The notes beneath the pieces are model-generated. The model saw nothing but the letters and a program-made list of their open reading frames with translations, had not been told where the DNA came from and ran no database searches. The position numbers and the translations under genes are program-made. A stretch of 64,000 nucleotides of DNA from Marsupella aquatica (lineage: Eukaryota > Plantae > Marchantiophyta), in the NCBI GenBank assembly GCA_973895155.1, contig OZ316896.1, forward strand, positions 12,752,549-12,816,548, given 5' to 3'. Every line of letters starts with the position of its first letter. Position 1 is the first letter of the stretch. Positions 23,003 through 36,459 of the stretch are shown in pieces.

Positions 23003-25678
23003 ATGCAGCAACAAATGGCTTCGTATGCGGGCACTACAATAACGACTGAGCTCATTCAAAAGGTGATGCTGAGCCCGAGACTGAGTTTGTTTGCTTTTGT
23101 CGAGCTGGTGTACGGGCGAGTGTGTTTGTTGGAGAGAACGGTTTTGCGTGTAGGGCGTGGTTTTGTGTTTAAAAAATTGACGTTGTACCTGAAGGTGTTC
23201 AGCGGGCCTCACGTATGCGTATGCGTCTGTGGTTGTGTTGTGTGTTTTGTTTGGCAGTATTTGGACGAGAACAAACAACTCATCCTCGCTATTCTTGACA
23301 ACCAAAACCTGGGGAAACTCAATGAGTGTGCCACGTAAGTAATGCAACTGTTTCTAAATAGGCTTTTCGTGTCCTTGCTTTCAAAAAATTTCGTTGTCGC
23401 TGTCTGCACGAGTTTGTTGCTGGGGAGAGGAAAGGGGAAGTGTTCCCAGCGGCTTTATGGTTGATGCTTTTGTAGTGCGGGGAGGTTCTCTCGTATGGAA
23501 GCCTGCACTTCGCAGTTCGAATGGATGATTTGTTTTTAGTATTGCCCTCTTCGGTTGAGTTCCGTCTCTTTGGGCTTAGTCAGCGAATAGGGAGGAAGCA
23601 CTGTTGTCTTCTTCGTTTTGGTAGAAATTCATAATTGGGGGCAAGGTCTTAGAGACGTTCTCGAATGCGCAGGTATCAGGCAAAACTGCAGCAAAACCTT
23701 ATGTACTTGGCAGCCATTGCTGACGCACAGCCCCAAGGACCCCAGTCTTCATCGCAGGTACCCATCCTTAACTCTGTTGATTTCTCGGTTTTAAACATTT
23801 TAATAGTTGAACAAGTGAATGTATGATTGCTTGCTTTCCTGTTCTTCCTATCTTATTCTTCCACCTGTGGACCAGTCGGTTAAGAATCTCACTCATCTGG
23901 ATGAGAAAGTCTCACCCCTATTTCTTTCACAAATACTTACTCTAGGCAGACACGGTTCAGTGTCTTGATGACACCGAAGAGCAATCTAGTGTGGAAACAG
24001 TGTGACTCTGTTTTGGAAGCTTGACAATTGAGTCAAATACCTCACCTGGAGATGGTCTTTACGGGTTTGTCAGTTAAATAAACAAGTTTCCCACTTACCT
24101 GGACACGGTTTAAATCGACCAGGGTATCCGCCTAAACTTTTTTTAAATTCTGAGAAACAGTCCATGACATAGTCTGGAGGGTTGCTTTTTGGTCAAAATT
24201 TATGAATACAGGTTGATCATGGCGGGTCTTTCGAATCTGCTTGACCTTAGCAAGACTTTTGTACTGTTCAATGGAGTGAAGAGTAACATCTTCAACATTG
24301 ATCAAGTAGCTCAAGGTTGTCTACTCTCTGATCCTCTTCAACGTTCTGGCCAGTCAGCTGCTTATGGATGAGGAAGAAGTGGATCTGGGATTCAGGTGAG
24401 AAATATCACTATCCCAGCCCTTCTGGCCTGTAAGGAAGATTGTAAAGGGTTCTCATTTTCGGTAGTAAATAAACCTTGCTTGCCAGCTTTAGAGGCATAC
24501 TATTGAATGAGTAACTCCATGCGTGGATTGAAACTAAACCAATCAGCTGCATAGTCAGTTGCTAGAGGTTGAGAGTTAAGGAAGTCCTCTCGTCTACCAC
24601 TTGCTGCCAGACTAGGTATTCAAGGCTCTCAAGTCTATCAAATACAGCATTCTGATCCCACCTCTGCCCAGTTTTTAGGACCCTCTGGCTTTCCTTCGAA
24701 AGGTTTGCGTATATACACAGCTAGTATCTCGAAACTTCTGTGCACTGTAGTCTCCCCTCGTACCGCAGTCACTTGTCAACCAAAACTTTAGGTATGTCTC
24801 GAGCGATGGTTATAATCAACCTACCTTATGCCAGTATAAAGAGAACAGTTATTGAACCTTAGCTGTCCTCCTCTTGTGACGAGTTCCGGGTTTGTCAGGT
24901 CCCCAATTGCTGTCCAAAATATCTTTCTTGGCAGTGAGGGTTATCCATACCTCCATTGCGTGTCCGTCCCGCGTTGTAACTGGAAGTAAATGATTTTCTA
25001 GGTCGTTCATGATTCAGGAGTTTGCAGAAATTAGTTGAGGTCTTCACGTTTGAGATACATATTTTTTCGAACTTCCTTAGCTAGGATTATGTACATAGGT
25101 GTTCAGAAGTAATGCATTGATGATTTTCGAGTGTTCTCTTCGGGACTAAGGTGCTCTAATTCTGTTTGTAACGAAATGTGTCAATGAAACTGTCTCAGGC
25201 CACTGCTTCCAATGCGATGCCGGCAGCACAGCAGCAGTACATGCAGCAACAACAGCAGATGACTCACCAATCCATACTAGGACAACGGGGTGGGTCCGCG
25301 CAGTACCTCGGTCAAGGCCAAGGTTCTTCTCATCAGTCTGGGCAGCAGCAGCAGTCATTACATGGGCAGCAAGGGATGATCTCGGGTGGCAGTTCTGGAC
25401 TACATATCATGTCGGGTGAATCAGGGATGGGTGGGAATGGACCTCCTTCTGGTGGGTCTAGTTTTGGCGAGTATGGTCATGGAAAAGGTGGAGTTTCTAG
25501 AGAGGGAGCGTTACAGCAAGGTGTCGTACTACGGGGTGCCGGTGGAGGATCAGATATGCAAGGCCTGGGAGGCCATCAAGGTGGTAGGGAAGGAGGGAAC
25601 TCTGCATCTGGGCATGGTCACGGTGGAGATGATTCAGAAGCCTCCTACTTAAAGGGATCGGACGAAGATGGCAATTAG
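23003..25678 (+). CDS. GIF: GRF-interacting factor (SSXT/SNH-domain coactivator, AN3 family); exons 23003-23062, 23258-23334, 23673-23757, 25199-25678; 233 aa
   Basis: Spliced product ITTELIQKYLDENKQLILAILDNQNLGKLNECATYQAKLQQNLMYLAAIADAQPQ, then a Q/G-rich tail ending SYLKGSDEDGN. All introns are GT-AG and in frame. Confidence 0.96.
24140..24400 (+). mobile_element. Degenerate LINE reverse-transcriptase fragment in GIF intron 3
   Basis: VLFNGVKSNIFNIDQVAQGCLLSDPL resembles the non-LTR RT motif VxxNG..S..F...RGVxQGCPLSP. An upstream VHDIVW resembles AYDxVxW. Confidence 0.6.
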
Positions 25679-27254
25679 GCAAGAACGTCGAAAGGAGGAT
25701 TCTGGAGCAGACTGTAGTGATCACTGCATTGGAAAGTATTGTTTTCCAAAGCTCTAACTGGGTTTGCTCATTTGGTAAACTAGATAGGATCAGGCAAAAC
25801 GAGAGGAAGCCTCAAGAGGCAAATTTTTGTTCGGTGGTAGTTTTCAATGAACGTGCACCACGTTAGGTTTGCGGCTGTGATTTGTGTCCACGTGGCGCAG
25901 GTAGCCTACAGACTTCTGGATTGTTCCTGAATGGCAGCCAACAAAATGTCTGGTGGTTTTTGGACATAGTGGTTGGTGCCTTTCTGGGGTATCATTCGTT
26001 GCACACAGGAGTAGAACCAGGCAGGACAGTTAGTGGTGTATCTGTTGTACAAATCCTGTCACTGAACTCGGCTTAGACCGCAGGCTGCTATTTTTTAACT
26101 CGGTGAAGGTTTCGGGCCCCTATAGGTCTATTTTTTGATGTGATAGATTGGCCGAGCAATGTGACCACGATGTAATGGTTGTTCTGACATCCACTAGGAA
26201 AGACGTCAGGATTCTAATTTTCATTTGCCTCGTCGGTTTTGTGGGCGTTTTGCTCTTTCAACCTGTTTAGCAAACTTTTCATTATCAAACGATGTGCTCA
26301 ATGTAGTAAGAGATAAACAGCTCCACGGCAGCAGGACAAGTAGTTCGCGTCCTCTAGTATCGCGTTCTTGATTTTCGTATGAATTTGTGAGACCTCGGCA
26401 TACGAACTCGGTTTGCCCAAACCATATCCTTCTGTTTACTGTGTTTTACGAACGCTTAGATGTCAGACCAGCTCCAGGTCTCTGGATTCTGAAATACTTA
26501 CATTGACGCAGATGTAATCATTCCGATTGGCTTCAAAGCTGACTGCTGTGTGAGGCAAGGAGAAACCTCTTTCGTGGACTTGCTATTCAATCTCTGTGGT
26601 TCGTTTGTTTCACAGGGCTAGGCGAGCTCGATTTACAAACGCCTGAGAGTCAGTCAGTCCTATCGGTGGTACCACCATCAAAATGCTGGAGCTGGCCATC
26701 ATGAGTGAATAATTTCACTCACGGTCCACGATTGTGAGTGCAGGAACAGAATGATGATGCCCACTGAACGAAGCACGTGCTATTGTGGCGTACCTCCCGA
26801 AGATCGTCTCCAACGATTTTATCCCCACGTCCTCGAGTAATGATTGACGGACGATTAGAGAGAATGAGAGTGGCTAGAGTTCCGTTATCAAAGCCCCACT
26901 TTCGTTCTTTCGACCCAGAATTGACGCTCGTGAAGCGAATTTGTCCAAGGTTTAGGGTACCTTCTATTGCCTCAAGGTTTTGTACAGTACCTTCTATTGC
27001 AGTTTCCCCCTCTCACGCGTTGACAGTACAGTACAGTCTGCCGTGCATAAGTGCATCCTGACTAAGTGCATTTTGTGGCGAAGTGCAGGCTGGCCATTTA
27101 GTCCCCTAAATATTACACCTATTTCCATTGTCAATGCAACAAAAAATGTAAACAGATTGCAGACGTGCAGGTAGACCCTGCCGCCGTATAGTCCCCAGGC
27201 TGGCCTTTGTAGTCAACTTATAAGCCAGATGGTCCCGTAATATTGTCACCCCAG

Positions 27255-27570
27255 ATGGTCCCCTTTATGAAGATTATGGGTGCATGAGTTCTATTTGCAT
27301 AATGGTCCCCTTTATGAAGATTATGGGTGCGTGAGTTCTATTTGCATAATGGTCCCCTTTATGAAGATTATGGGTCCATGAGTTCTATTTGCATATGTAT
27401 CCATTGTCGTGCTGGACATAAGGTAGAGGATAATATTGTCAAGCCAGATGATCCCCTAATATTGTCATAATCCAAATGGTCCCCTTCATGAAGATTATGG
27501 GTACAGGAGTTCTATTTGCATAATGGTCCCCTATATGAAGATTATGGGTCCATGATTTCTATTGCGTATG
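27255..27570. repeat. 47-bp minisatellite (3 tandem units plus 2 further units)
   Basis: atggtcccctttatgaagattatgggtgcatgagttctatttgcata at 27255, 27302 and 27349, and again at about 27476 and 27523. Confidence 0.9.
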
Positions 27571-28199
27571 TATCCATGGTCACACAGGATCTAAGGTAGA
27601 GAATGTATTATTTATGTGTTTCTACATTCAACTTTTGGTCTAATAATGTTTTTGCTTTTTTCATGTATGTGGCTCTCAGAGTTTAAATTCCTTATGTTAA
27701 GTGCAATGCATTTGTTTTTTAATGGGATGAATAATATTGTGTACATCCTAATACTGTAAATAGGTGCAAGGCTGGCGTGGTAATCAACTTATAAGCTAGA
27801 TGGTCCCTTAATATTACGATAAGCCAAATGGTCCCCTAAAATTGTATAAGTCCTCATACTGTAAAAGTGCATGCTGGCCTTGTAGTCAACTTAAAAGCCA
27901 GATAGTCACTTAACACTATTATCATAAGCCAAATGGCTCCTTAATACTGTTATAAGCCAAATGGTCCCCTAATATTGTATCAGTGCAGGCTGGCCTTGTA
28001 CTCAATGTATAAGCCATTATGGACTCCTAGAATTTTGCAAGTTTCTTTGTAGATGCACAAAAAATGTACTTTACATAAGTGCACCTAGACCTCACTAATG
28101 ACAAATATGGGCTCATTGTATATGCATCAAAAAATGCACTTTGCATAATTGCAGGTCATAAATAGCATATATTTGCAAGAAATGATAACTAGATAACTA

Positions 28200-28543
28200 C
28201 ACTGTTCACCGTAATTAGTGTTAGTACAAAATTTGTGTTACTAACACTAATTTTGGTAAAAATGATTTTGAGTCCAAGTAAATACAGATTTTTGTCACTT
28301 TAGTTTAAATTGCTTGTAAAAAATGGATAATATTTAGTCCAAAGTAACACTAATTGTTGTGGATTTTTCAAAATAGTTTTTTCTCTCTCTATTTTGCCAC
28401 TCTTAAGACCATAGTAACACTAATTCATGTGGGCAAAAATAGTGTGAGCACAAAATTAGTGTGACTAACACTAATTCACGAGTAGACCCTGAAAATGGGC
28501 GCTCTCGAATTAGTGTTAGTCACACTAATTACGGTGAACAGTG
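28200..28543. mobile_element. Tc1/mariner(pogo)-type MITE
   Basis: Perfect 22-bp TIRs CACTGTTCACCGTAATTAGTGT / ACACTAATTACGGTGAACAGTG, TA on both flanks, and many internal taacactaatt motifs. Confidence 0.88.
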
Positions 28544-30570
28544 TAAATTTCTGTCAAATAACCACTTAAATGCAGTTATCGGCTCCTGCAAGGCATACAT
28601 CAAAAGCATTTATTGATAAATACACCAATGCATTAGTAAGAGGCACCAGACTACTGCAAAGAGTATTTTCATGCACTCATCCAGTTGACTAGTGCACTAT
28701 GCGAGCTCCGGGGTATTGCACTATACAAATGGATGAGTGCATGATATATTTTGTGTAATTGCCTGCTATGCTTATCCATAACTGCTTCTCATGTAATGCC
28801 TTGCTGCAACTGATAAATGCATATGTATCCTTATGGACAGAAATGCAATTATCTACTTATCATTTAGTGCCCATATTTGTTAATGTGTGTGGCCTAACAA
28901 CATAAGAGAAAGTGCATAAGCAATTCCCCATGCACATATCTGCATAAATGCTGTCCAGTGCACACCATGGATAAGTTTCAGGCTTGGAGTGTCATCCTGG
29001 GAGCCTACACTTAGAGACAATATGTGTATGCAGTTTCCACCCTTGACGTGCAGACTCCCAGGACAAAGCATCCGTTGTGCACTTAATGCAAGTTACTATG
29101 TCATAAGTGCAAAATATGAGATGTGCATTCATTTATGAGCCTCCAGTGCCTCATGTGCAATAGCCCTTTTGTCAATGCACATTCTTCTAACCTCAACCCC
29201 AATTGGTACATCTTTGCCCTAAACTTGATCCCTTACCCCAAAAGTGCAATTTTTACTGTGCAAAAAATGCCATGCACTTATCTGTAAGTGTATTTTGATA
29301 GGATTATAAGCTAACTGATAAGTGTTCATTTGAAGTTATGGGGTTAAGAATTATAAACTTGTGACTTAGCTAAAGTTTTTAAAGCCTGTCGACACTTAAA
29401 AAAATGGGATACCTTGCACTTAGGAAGGTTTGCACTTAAGGATTGTGCACGTCAAGAGATGACTGTGTATCACACTGCCAAAGAACAAAAAGCTCTGAAG
29501 CCGGATACAACTCCAAAGGACAGGAGAGCCAATAAAGGGGAGCTCCAAACCAAGAGACAGGATCCTAAAGGGAAGAGCCAGTAAGGTGTCTCAAACCATT
29601 AATTGTTTTGTGGAGTGACCAGAATGTTGTGGCGCAATAGGTAGCTATGAAGTCTGTGGTCTGCAGTGAGCGGGGCAGTGAGTGCACCAGGGACCGCATT
29701 GAGAATCTGTCAGTACAAATACATTGACACCCTTCAGAAAATTTGACCACTCAGATTTTAAATTTTGAGGATGTTGAGTTATCCCTCAAATCGAAAACTC
29801 TTGGGTAAAGCTTGCCTGAAGTTTGGGTGGATCAGGGTTGCAAACAGACTTGTCTCATAGTGACTGACCAAACAAGGGGAAATAGCACATTCAAGATGCG
29901 ATAAAAATTACAAGCTCAAAGGAGAATTGTTTTTAGAGGCCCTAAAACCAACAGCCTTGACTGTTCGTCAATCTAGAAACACCTGCTGTCTAATGAGGCA
30001 GTATGGACAGAAAAGCCTCCCCCTTTACACAAAGGACCTCACTTGCCCGTAAGAAAGAGTCCTGACAAAGATATGGTGACAAAGATATGGTGTAGAGCCC
30101 CAAAGACCTCCAATGCAAGTGGGTAGAATAGGTCTTTGGGGTTCCATGCAAATGATAAATAATTAAGAAAAGGTTTGTGTAAATAATGAATTGATGTTTT
30201 AAAATGATTATATGGTGCCTAGCGTTTTGATAAAATGATGTTTCCATGGACCAAGCCAGGGAACCATGCAACCCCATGGACCACAACTCCTCTTGCACCT
30301 TCACTCATTGACACCCTTTTTGACTCCAATGTTTTTCAAGAGCAAAGTTTGACCTTCACTATCTCCCTCGATATCCAATTGAATTGGCTCTTCTTGGGCT
30401 TGTTAGAAGTGGTTGGAAATGGGAATGATATTAGATTGAAAGCACATTAGCATATACAGAAATCATATGAGATGAAATGTTGCGAGAATTGTTTTCTGTT
30501 CAAACAAACCCCAAACACACATTTGGCTTCCGTCTTCCCCGGAACAATATCATGGCCTTGTATTTGAATA

Positions 30571-32605
30571 TGTAAGAAACCGTCAGCTCCGGACTAGACA
30601 ACAATGCGGAAACATGAGAGAGACACACTCAATCAGATGCTACACCGATGAAACACCCCAAGTGGAGAAACTTCTGAAGGCTCCATAGCAAATGAGAGTA
30701 CATGTGAAGAATGAGGGAGAGAGTGCTCTCCCTCCAGCCTATACCCCCCAAGGGGACCAAGATGAGTGGGCCTAAACTAAGCGGATCTTATCCTAATGTA
30801 ATCTAGGGTTAAAAACTAAACCCTAGTAAGGCCAAGCTAACTATGTCGGGAACTAGAGTCAATTCCTAACAATCTCCACCTTGACTCAAGTTCACACAAT
30901 GAGTCAGGTGATATACAATATGTAACTAAGTAACATATTTACATAGTCACTGGTTTGGCCCTAACATTAATAATATCCACACAATGACTAAAGCTACTGG
31001 TAGGTAAAACTTTGGTAAGCATGTCTGCCGCATTCTCCTCTGAAGCCACCTTCTCCAGAAACATCTGCTTCATCTCAATCACCTCACGGATGAAGTGATA
31101 ACGAATATCAATGTGCTTTGTCCTGGCATGGAACACAGGGTTCTTAGCCAGATGCAAAGCACTTTGACTGTCGCACAGCAGCACCGGTCTTTCAGGTGAA
31201 AGACCCAGATCACTCACCAATCTCCGTAGCCAGATCAGCTCCTTGGTTGCCTCACATGCAGCCATGTACTCAGCCTCAGTAGTAGACAACGCAACACAAG
31301 ATTGAGTTGCCGACTTCCAGCTGATACAACCTCCACCCAGCATAAACACATAGCCTGTAGTAGACTTTCTGTTATCCAAGTTACCAGCATAATCTGAATC
31401 TACAAAGCCTTCCAACTCTAATGTAGAGTCTGCTTTACCGTCAAATAAGATCCCACAATCTAAGGTACCTTTCAAATACCGCAAAACCCACTTCACTGCT
31501 TCCCAGTGAAGCTTACCAGGATTTGCCATAAATCTGCTCAAAATGCTAACAGCGTGAGCAATGTCAGGTCTAGTGCATGTCATTGCATACATCAAACTAC
31601 CCACAACACTATCATAGGGAACATGTTTCATCGCCAGTCTATCACTCTCACTAGAAGGGCAATCATTCTTTGAGAGTTTAAAGTGGGAGGCCAATGGAGT
31701 ACCAACTGGTTTTGCATTCTCCATTCCATACTTGGCAAGTATCTTCTCCAAATACTGCCTCTGAGACAACCATAATTGCCTTTGCTCCCTGTCACGATGA
31801 ATCTCCATCCCTAGTATCTTCTTGGCCTGACCCAAGTCCTTCATTGAAAACTCCTTACTCAGCATTGCTTTCAGATGGGCAACATCAAACTTATTCTCAG
31901 CCAGGATCAGCATGTCATCCACGTACAATGCCAGCACAATGTAACCAAAGCGTGAGTAATTCTCCACCTCTTTCATGTAAATACAACAATCATGTTCACT
32001 TCGTGTGAACCCCTGAGATAACATGAAGGAATCAAAACGCTTATTCCACTGTCTGGGACTCTGCTTCAATCCGTATAACGAGCGCAAGAGCTTACACACC
32101 AAGTGTCTGGTCTTCTCGTCAATAAAACCTGGAGGCTGAGTCATATAAATCTCCACATCAAGCAATCCATGCAGGAAAGCAGTAATTACATCCATCTGAT
32201 CTAACTCAAGATCATAGAATGCCACAATCGCAAGTAAAACACAGATAGTAGTGAGTTTGACAACTGGTGAGAAAATCTCCGTGTAGTCCACTCTGATACC
32301 ACTTGTAAGAAACCGTCAGCTCCGGACTAGACAGCAATGCGGAAACATGAGAGAGACACACTCAATCAGATGCTACACCGATGAAACACCCCAAGTGGAG
32401 AAACTTCTGAAGGCTCCATAGCAAATGAGAGTACATGTGAAGAATGAGGGAGAGAGTGCTCTCCCTCCAGCCTATACCCCCCCAAGGGGGCCAAGATGAG
32501 TGGGCCTAAACTAAGCGGATCTTATCCTAATGTAATCTAGGGTTAAAAACTAAACCCTAGTAAGGCCAAGCTAATTATGTCGGGAACTAGAGTCAATTCC
32601 TAACA
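30571..32605 (-). mobile_element. Ty1/Copia LTR retrotransposon, internally deleted
   Basis: LTRs 30571-30871 and 32304-32605 (TG...CA, about 4 differences). TSD GAATA on both sides. PBS TGGTATCAGAG (32301-32291). PPT AAGGTGGAGAT adjacent to the 3' LTR. Confidence 0.97.
30939..32291 (-). pseudogene. Copia RT (5'-truncated) plus RNase H
   Basis: DYTEIFSPVVK, QMDVITAFLHG, SLYGLKQSPRQW, LYVDDML, FVDSDYAG and RTKHIDIRYHFIRE. No gag, protease or integrase. Confidence 0.95.
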
Positions 32606-32791
32606 GAATAGTGGGCCATGGAGCGCTCTTTGAATAGTGCTCCTGGGGTGCTGTGTTCAGGTGTTGACTAAGTGTTCTCGTTTTTTGTCCCTGCATGGCA
32701 TGTGTTAAAAAATGGGTGTTGTGTCTAAATATTGGTTTTGTATTAGAATATTGACATTGTCATATGATTCATGAATTTTTTACTGTTTGTG

Positions 32792-33049
32792 CTCAATGTA
32801 GAACAGCTCAGGGTCAAACACAATTATAACATCCAATTCAAACACAAGGCCAATATTTGAACACAACACCCAAGCCTTGTGTTAAAAGAAGTTCTATTCC
32901 CGTTCAAATGTGTTTTCTGTCTCAATGTAGAACAGCTCAGGGTCAAACACAATTATAACATCCAATTCAAACACAAGGCCAATATTTGAACACAACACCC
33001 AAGCCTTGTGTTAAAAGAAGTTCTATTCCCGTTCAAATGTGTTTTCTGT
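32792..33049. repeat. 129-bp tandem duplication
   Basis: ctcaatgtagaacagctcaggg...tgtgttttctgt at 32792 and 32921. Confidence 0.92.
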
Positions 33050-36000
33050 CACGTGACCCAAAAGATTCCATTTTCAAACACAATGCCATGGCTGTGTGTT
33101 TGGGGAAAGAAGGTAGGTGTCAACAATAACCAGAAAGGCTGACTGCGAAAACTTGTTGGTTCGGAAATAATGAGGAGATGCTAGGCAGATTCCTTATTTA
33201 AGTCTCCAAGATTGTTTTTTGACCTTCAATCATTAGATATAATGAGAGCCATCAAAATTTGGCTATTAGCCCCTAGTAAGGGCTTGGTGTGAACTGGATA
33301 ATTGGCCAATTTTGGTACGATGACCACCTCCCCATCATCTTCGAGGGTAATGATGGAAGGCTTGTTGAATGCCATTGGTTTAGTGAGAATCTGGGTTTGG
33401 CACAGTAGCTTGGAAGTTTCTTCTAGGATTCCATAAAGATACAGACAATATTCTTTAAGGATTTTAGAATATTCTTGACAAATGCCTAGAGAGTTTCCTG
33501 GGCAGTAAGGTAGTTTCTCGTAAAAGAAAAATCAGAAGTATGTGCACCTGTACTAGGAAAGTACCCGCTAAAGTTCTGAGTAAGGTGTAGCATAAAAGAT
33601 TGAGAGAAACACAACTACAAACTATAAGTGTGTTTGGATTTTGAGAAATGGTAAAAAATCATGCGCTTCTTTTTTTCAAAAATTATGATTTTGCCAAAGA
33701 ATCCATAATCAGATCCAACATTGGATACTTTCAAACATAAAATGATGAATCCTGGAAAGTCTTAATTGAAAATACTTATTCATTCTCCAAGTGAATTTCT
33801 CCAAAACCAGAAAAAATGACACTTCATTGATGATGAATTTGGCAGTCAAATCGAATAAAATGGAGAAATGCATAAACCTGCGATCCTTCTCTTTGCGCCT
33901 GAACCTAACTTCCAAAATAAGAGCTACGCCACATCGAGATTTGGATTCAAATGACTATTTGACTTCAACACAACTAAACAACTTCCACATCTCATTTCAG
34001 ACATCCTCTGATTCAGAACGTAAAACTATACTAAACTTATCCTCGTGAAAAGATTAGACCACATAAAAGTTACCATGAACCACCAACCAAAAATACAGTA
34101 GGTTAACCTAACTCGGGCACCTCTAAAACCCAAAACCTCCATTTGAATCCCAAAGTGTTAATTCGAACTCTGTAAAAAACTTAAATCTCATTTTCAGACC
34201 CTTGACTCAAATCCAACTTAAACTCAAATTTTGAACCCTGGTATTTAAAGTATCACTTTGAAATCTCCAAGACACCCCAAGCTGCTTTTGGAGTTTAATC
34301 CAGTCATTCATTCTCGTATCTAATTTTTTTTCCTCCGACTTGCATCCAACCCAAACCAGCATTTGAATGTCTCACTTTCAACTCTGGCCACTCGAACCTC
34401 AATTGTTGGAGTTTAATCCAGTCATTAACATTTGGATCCAATTTTATCCTCGCACTCCCATCCAACTCAAATCCTTATTTAAATTCCAATATGAATCCCC
34501 TTATCGAGTTTGGTAAACAAAGTATTACAGTGAAACCTCAAAGTCACAGGTAAAGCTAGAATGGCTCTCAAGGAAGTCCTAACTCTCAAAGTGAGTTCAC
34601 AGAGGTAAATAGTAGCATGCATAACTGCGGGACTGAAGCGAGCAACTAGGCAGTTTCAAAATCAGTTTATAAACCGTAATTTGGTACCTTCATTTTCCAC
34701 CACAACTTGTTATCTCAACTCGTTTGTCCAGAGTTGCCTAAATTCTCTATTACTACATCTTCGTTGGTGCACTACAGTAGGTAGGCTGCCACACCACTCT
34801 TGATATAAAATATATTATTAAATAATGTCTCCTTCATTCTACTAGTTGCTCATGATGGATGCGTTCATAATCCTGATATGACTCAAATCGCTTGTGCTAC
34901 TAAGGAATTCTGATGAAAAGCTTCACTTCCAACTATTGCTCACTTGTGTCAGAGACATTCATACATTACGTTGGAGTTCACCATGAAGTGATGGATTTTC
35001 GTTACAGAGGATTAACCAGCATCTATTTAGGACTATCAGTCCATGGCGCATCTGCATCCAGATGTTTACAGGTCCTGTCTCACGTGGTTCAATCTCACTG
35101 ATTTCCAATTTTTTTAAGATGATCAGTGTCCAGCAACTAGTTTGTCCAGCATAATCAGGTTCTCAGAAAAAACAATTCCCAAGTGTACCCTTTGTCCCGA
35201 TGAGAAGGCTCTATACAAGAGAAATCTATACCGCCAGCAAAAGCTAAATATCATGACAGTCTTAACCTGAGACTCCTAAAAGAGAAGAAAATCCTTGATG
35301 TAAGAAACCTCACGACTTAACAAGTAGAGGACGGATTACCCATTCAGGAACTCTAGAATACGGAGTGAAAGCCAACCACGTGCATGGGAAAACCATGTAT
35401 AAATGGACAATGCTCAATTAACTGCTAACCGTAGCTGCGTCGACTTTTGCGTCGACTTGTGGATTCAAATATCCCTACGGGTTCATTCTTTCTTTCAGAC
35501 CTTAGCAGATACTGGGCACCAACTACTCAAAAAATTGGTAAATTTCTCAGATATTGAGAACTCACTCGGAGAGAATAACTTGAAACAACCCAAATTAAAG
35601 AGTAATCATTTGAGGAATGCAAGAAACCTCCAATCCTCTGATTCAATACGAATCTTTGAATGGACTCACAGAAAAATGTCTGTGAAGCATTGAAAAGAAG
35701 GAGAAAGATCGCTGGGGGAAGAGGGGGCGTGGGAGAGGTTCCATATGAATTTTCAGAAATAGACAGCACAGTACCAGGTCTACTTAGAAACAGATCTGGA
35801 ACTGTCAGGGAACATGCAGAGGTGAGATTGTTATCGAAGAGAAGTGGATTATGGACGGCTCCGCCCAAAGTGCAATTGAAATCACCTCGAAACAATCTTC
35901 CGTTGACCGACCCTTCCAATTTGAGATCCTTATGTTACATGTGACTCAAGGGTGCAAACTAGATGAGCACAACTTTGGTGGCAACAAATCTGTTTGGACA

Positions 36001-36459
36001 AGGTAAAGACTGTTTTTCTAGTTTACTAGCAAGAGGTGTGAATGAACCTAAATCTGCTTGACGTCTTTCCCCAATCTTGAAGGATTAGATGAATGCTTTC
36101 TACGACTAGGTGTGAGATATATAAGCCAACAGCATCTTCCTAGTTCAATGAAAATTGACTGGAGATAGATTACTAGGTGAATCGAGTGCCGCCTGGATTG
36201 GGAATGCCAGTGTTCGGATATGTCATTACTTCGTTTTTTAACTGATAACGTGATTCCCGGACAACTGATCTCACGTACAGGGAGGATCTTCTCAGAGAGG
36301 TTCCCTCGCACTTACTTCATATTTATGACGTTAGGGAGCTCTGCATCCCTTTGCCCTCCTGTCGAATTGGTGAACGGTGCCTGGTGAGCAGTTGCCAAAA
36401 CAGAAACAGCTGGAGTTGAGAAAAACATTTCGCAACCCTCCGAGTACATGGAGAATCAT

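Larger units (their letters stand above)
27034..29466. mobile_element. Old non-autonomous DNA element with TAAGTGCA subterminal motifs
   Basis: Degenerate inverted ends CAGTC..CGTGCA..TAAGTGCA..TAAGTGCA versus TGCACTTA..TGCACTTA..TGCACG..GACTG, with internal repeats. Confidence 0.4.

Noticed and set aside
22763-23338. 191-aa ORF as the GIF N-terminus
   Set aside because: It reads through the 5' UTR and intron 1; the spliced model from ATG 23003 gives the canonical SSXT domain.
27255-27570. CRISPR-like periodic array (also 51742-51941)
   Set aside because: The units repeat in full with no unique spacers, there are no cas genes, and the context is eukaryotic.
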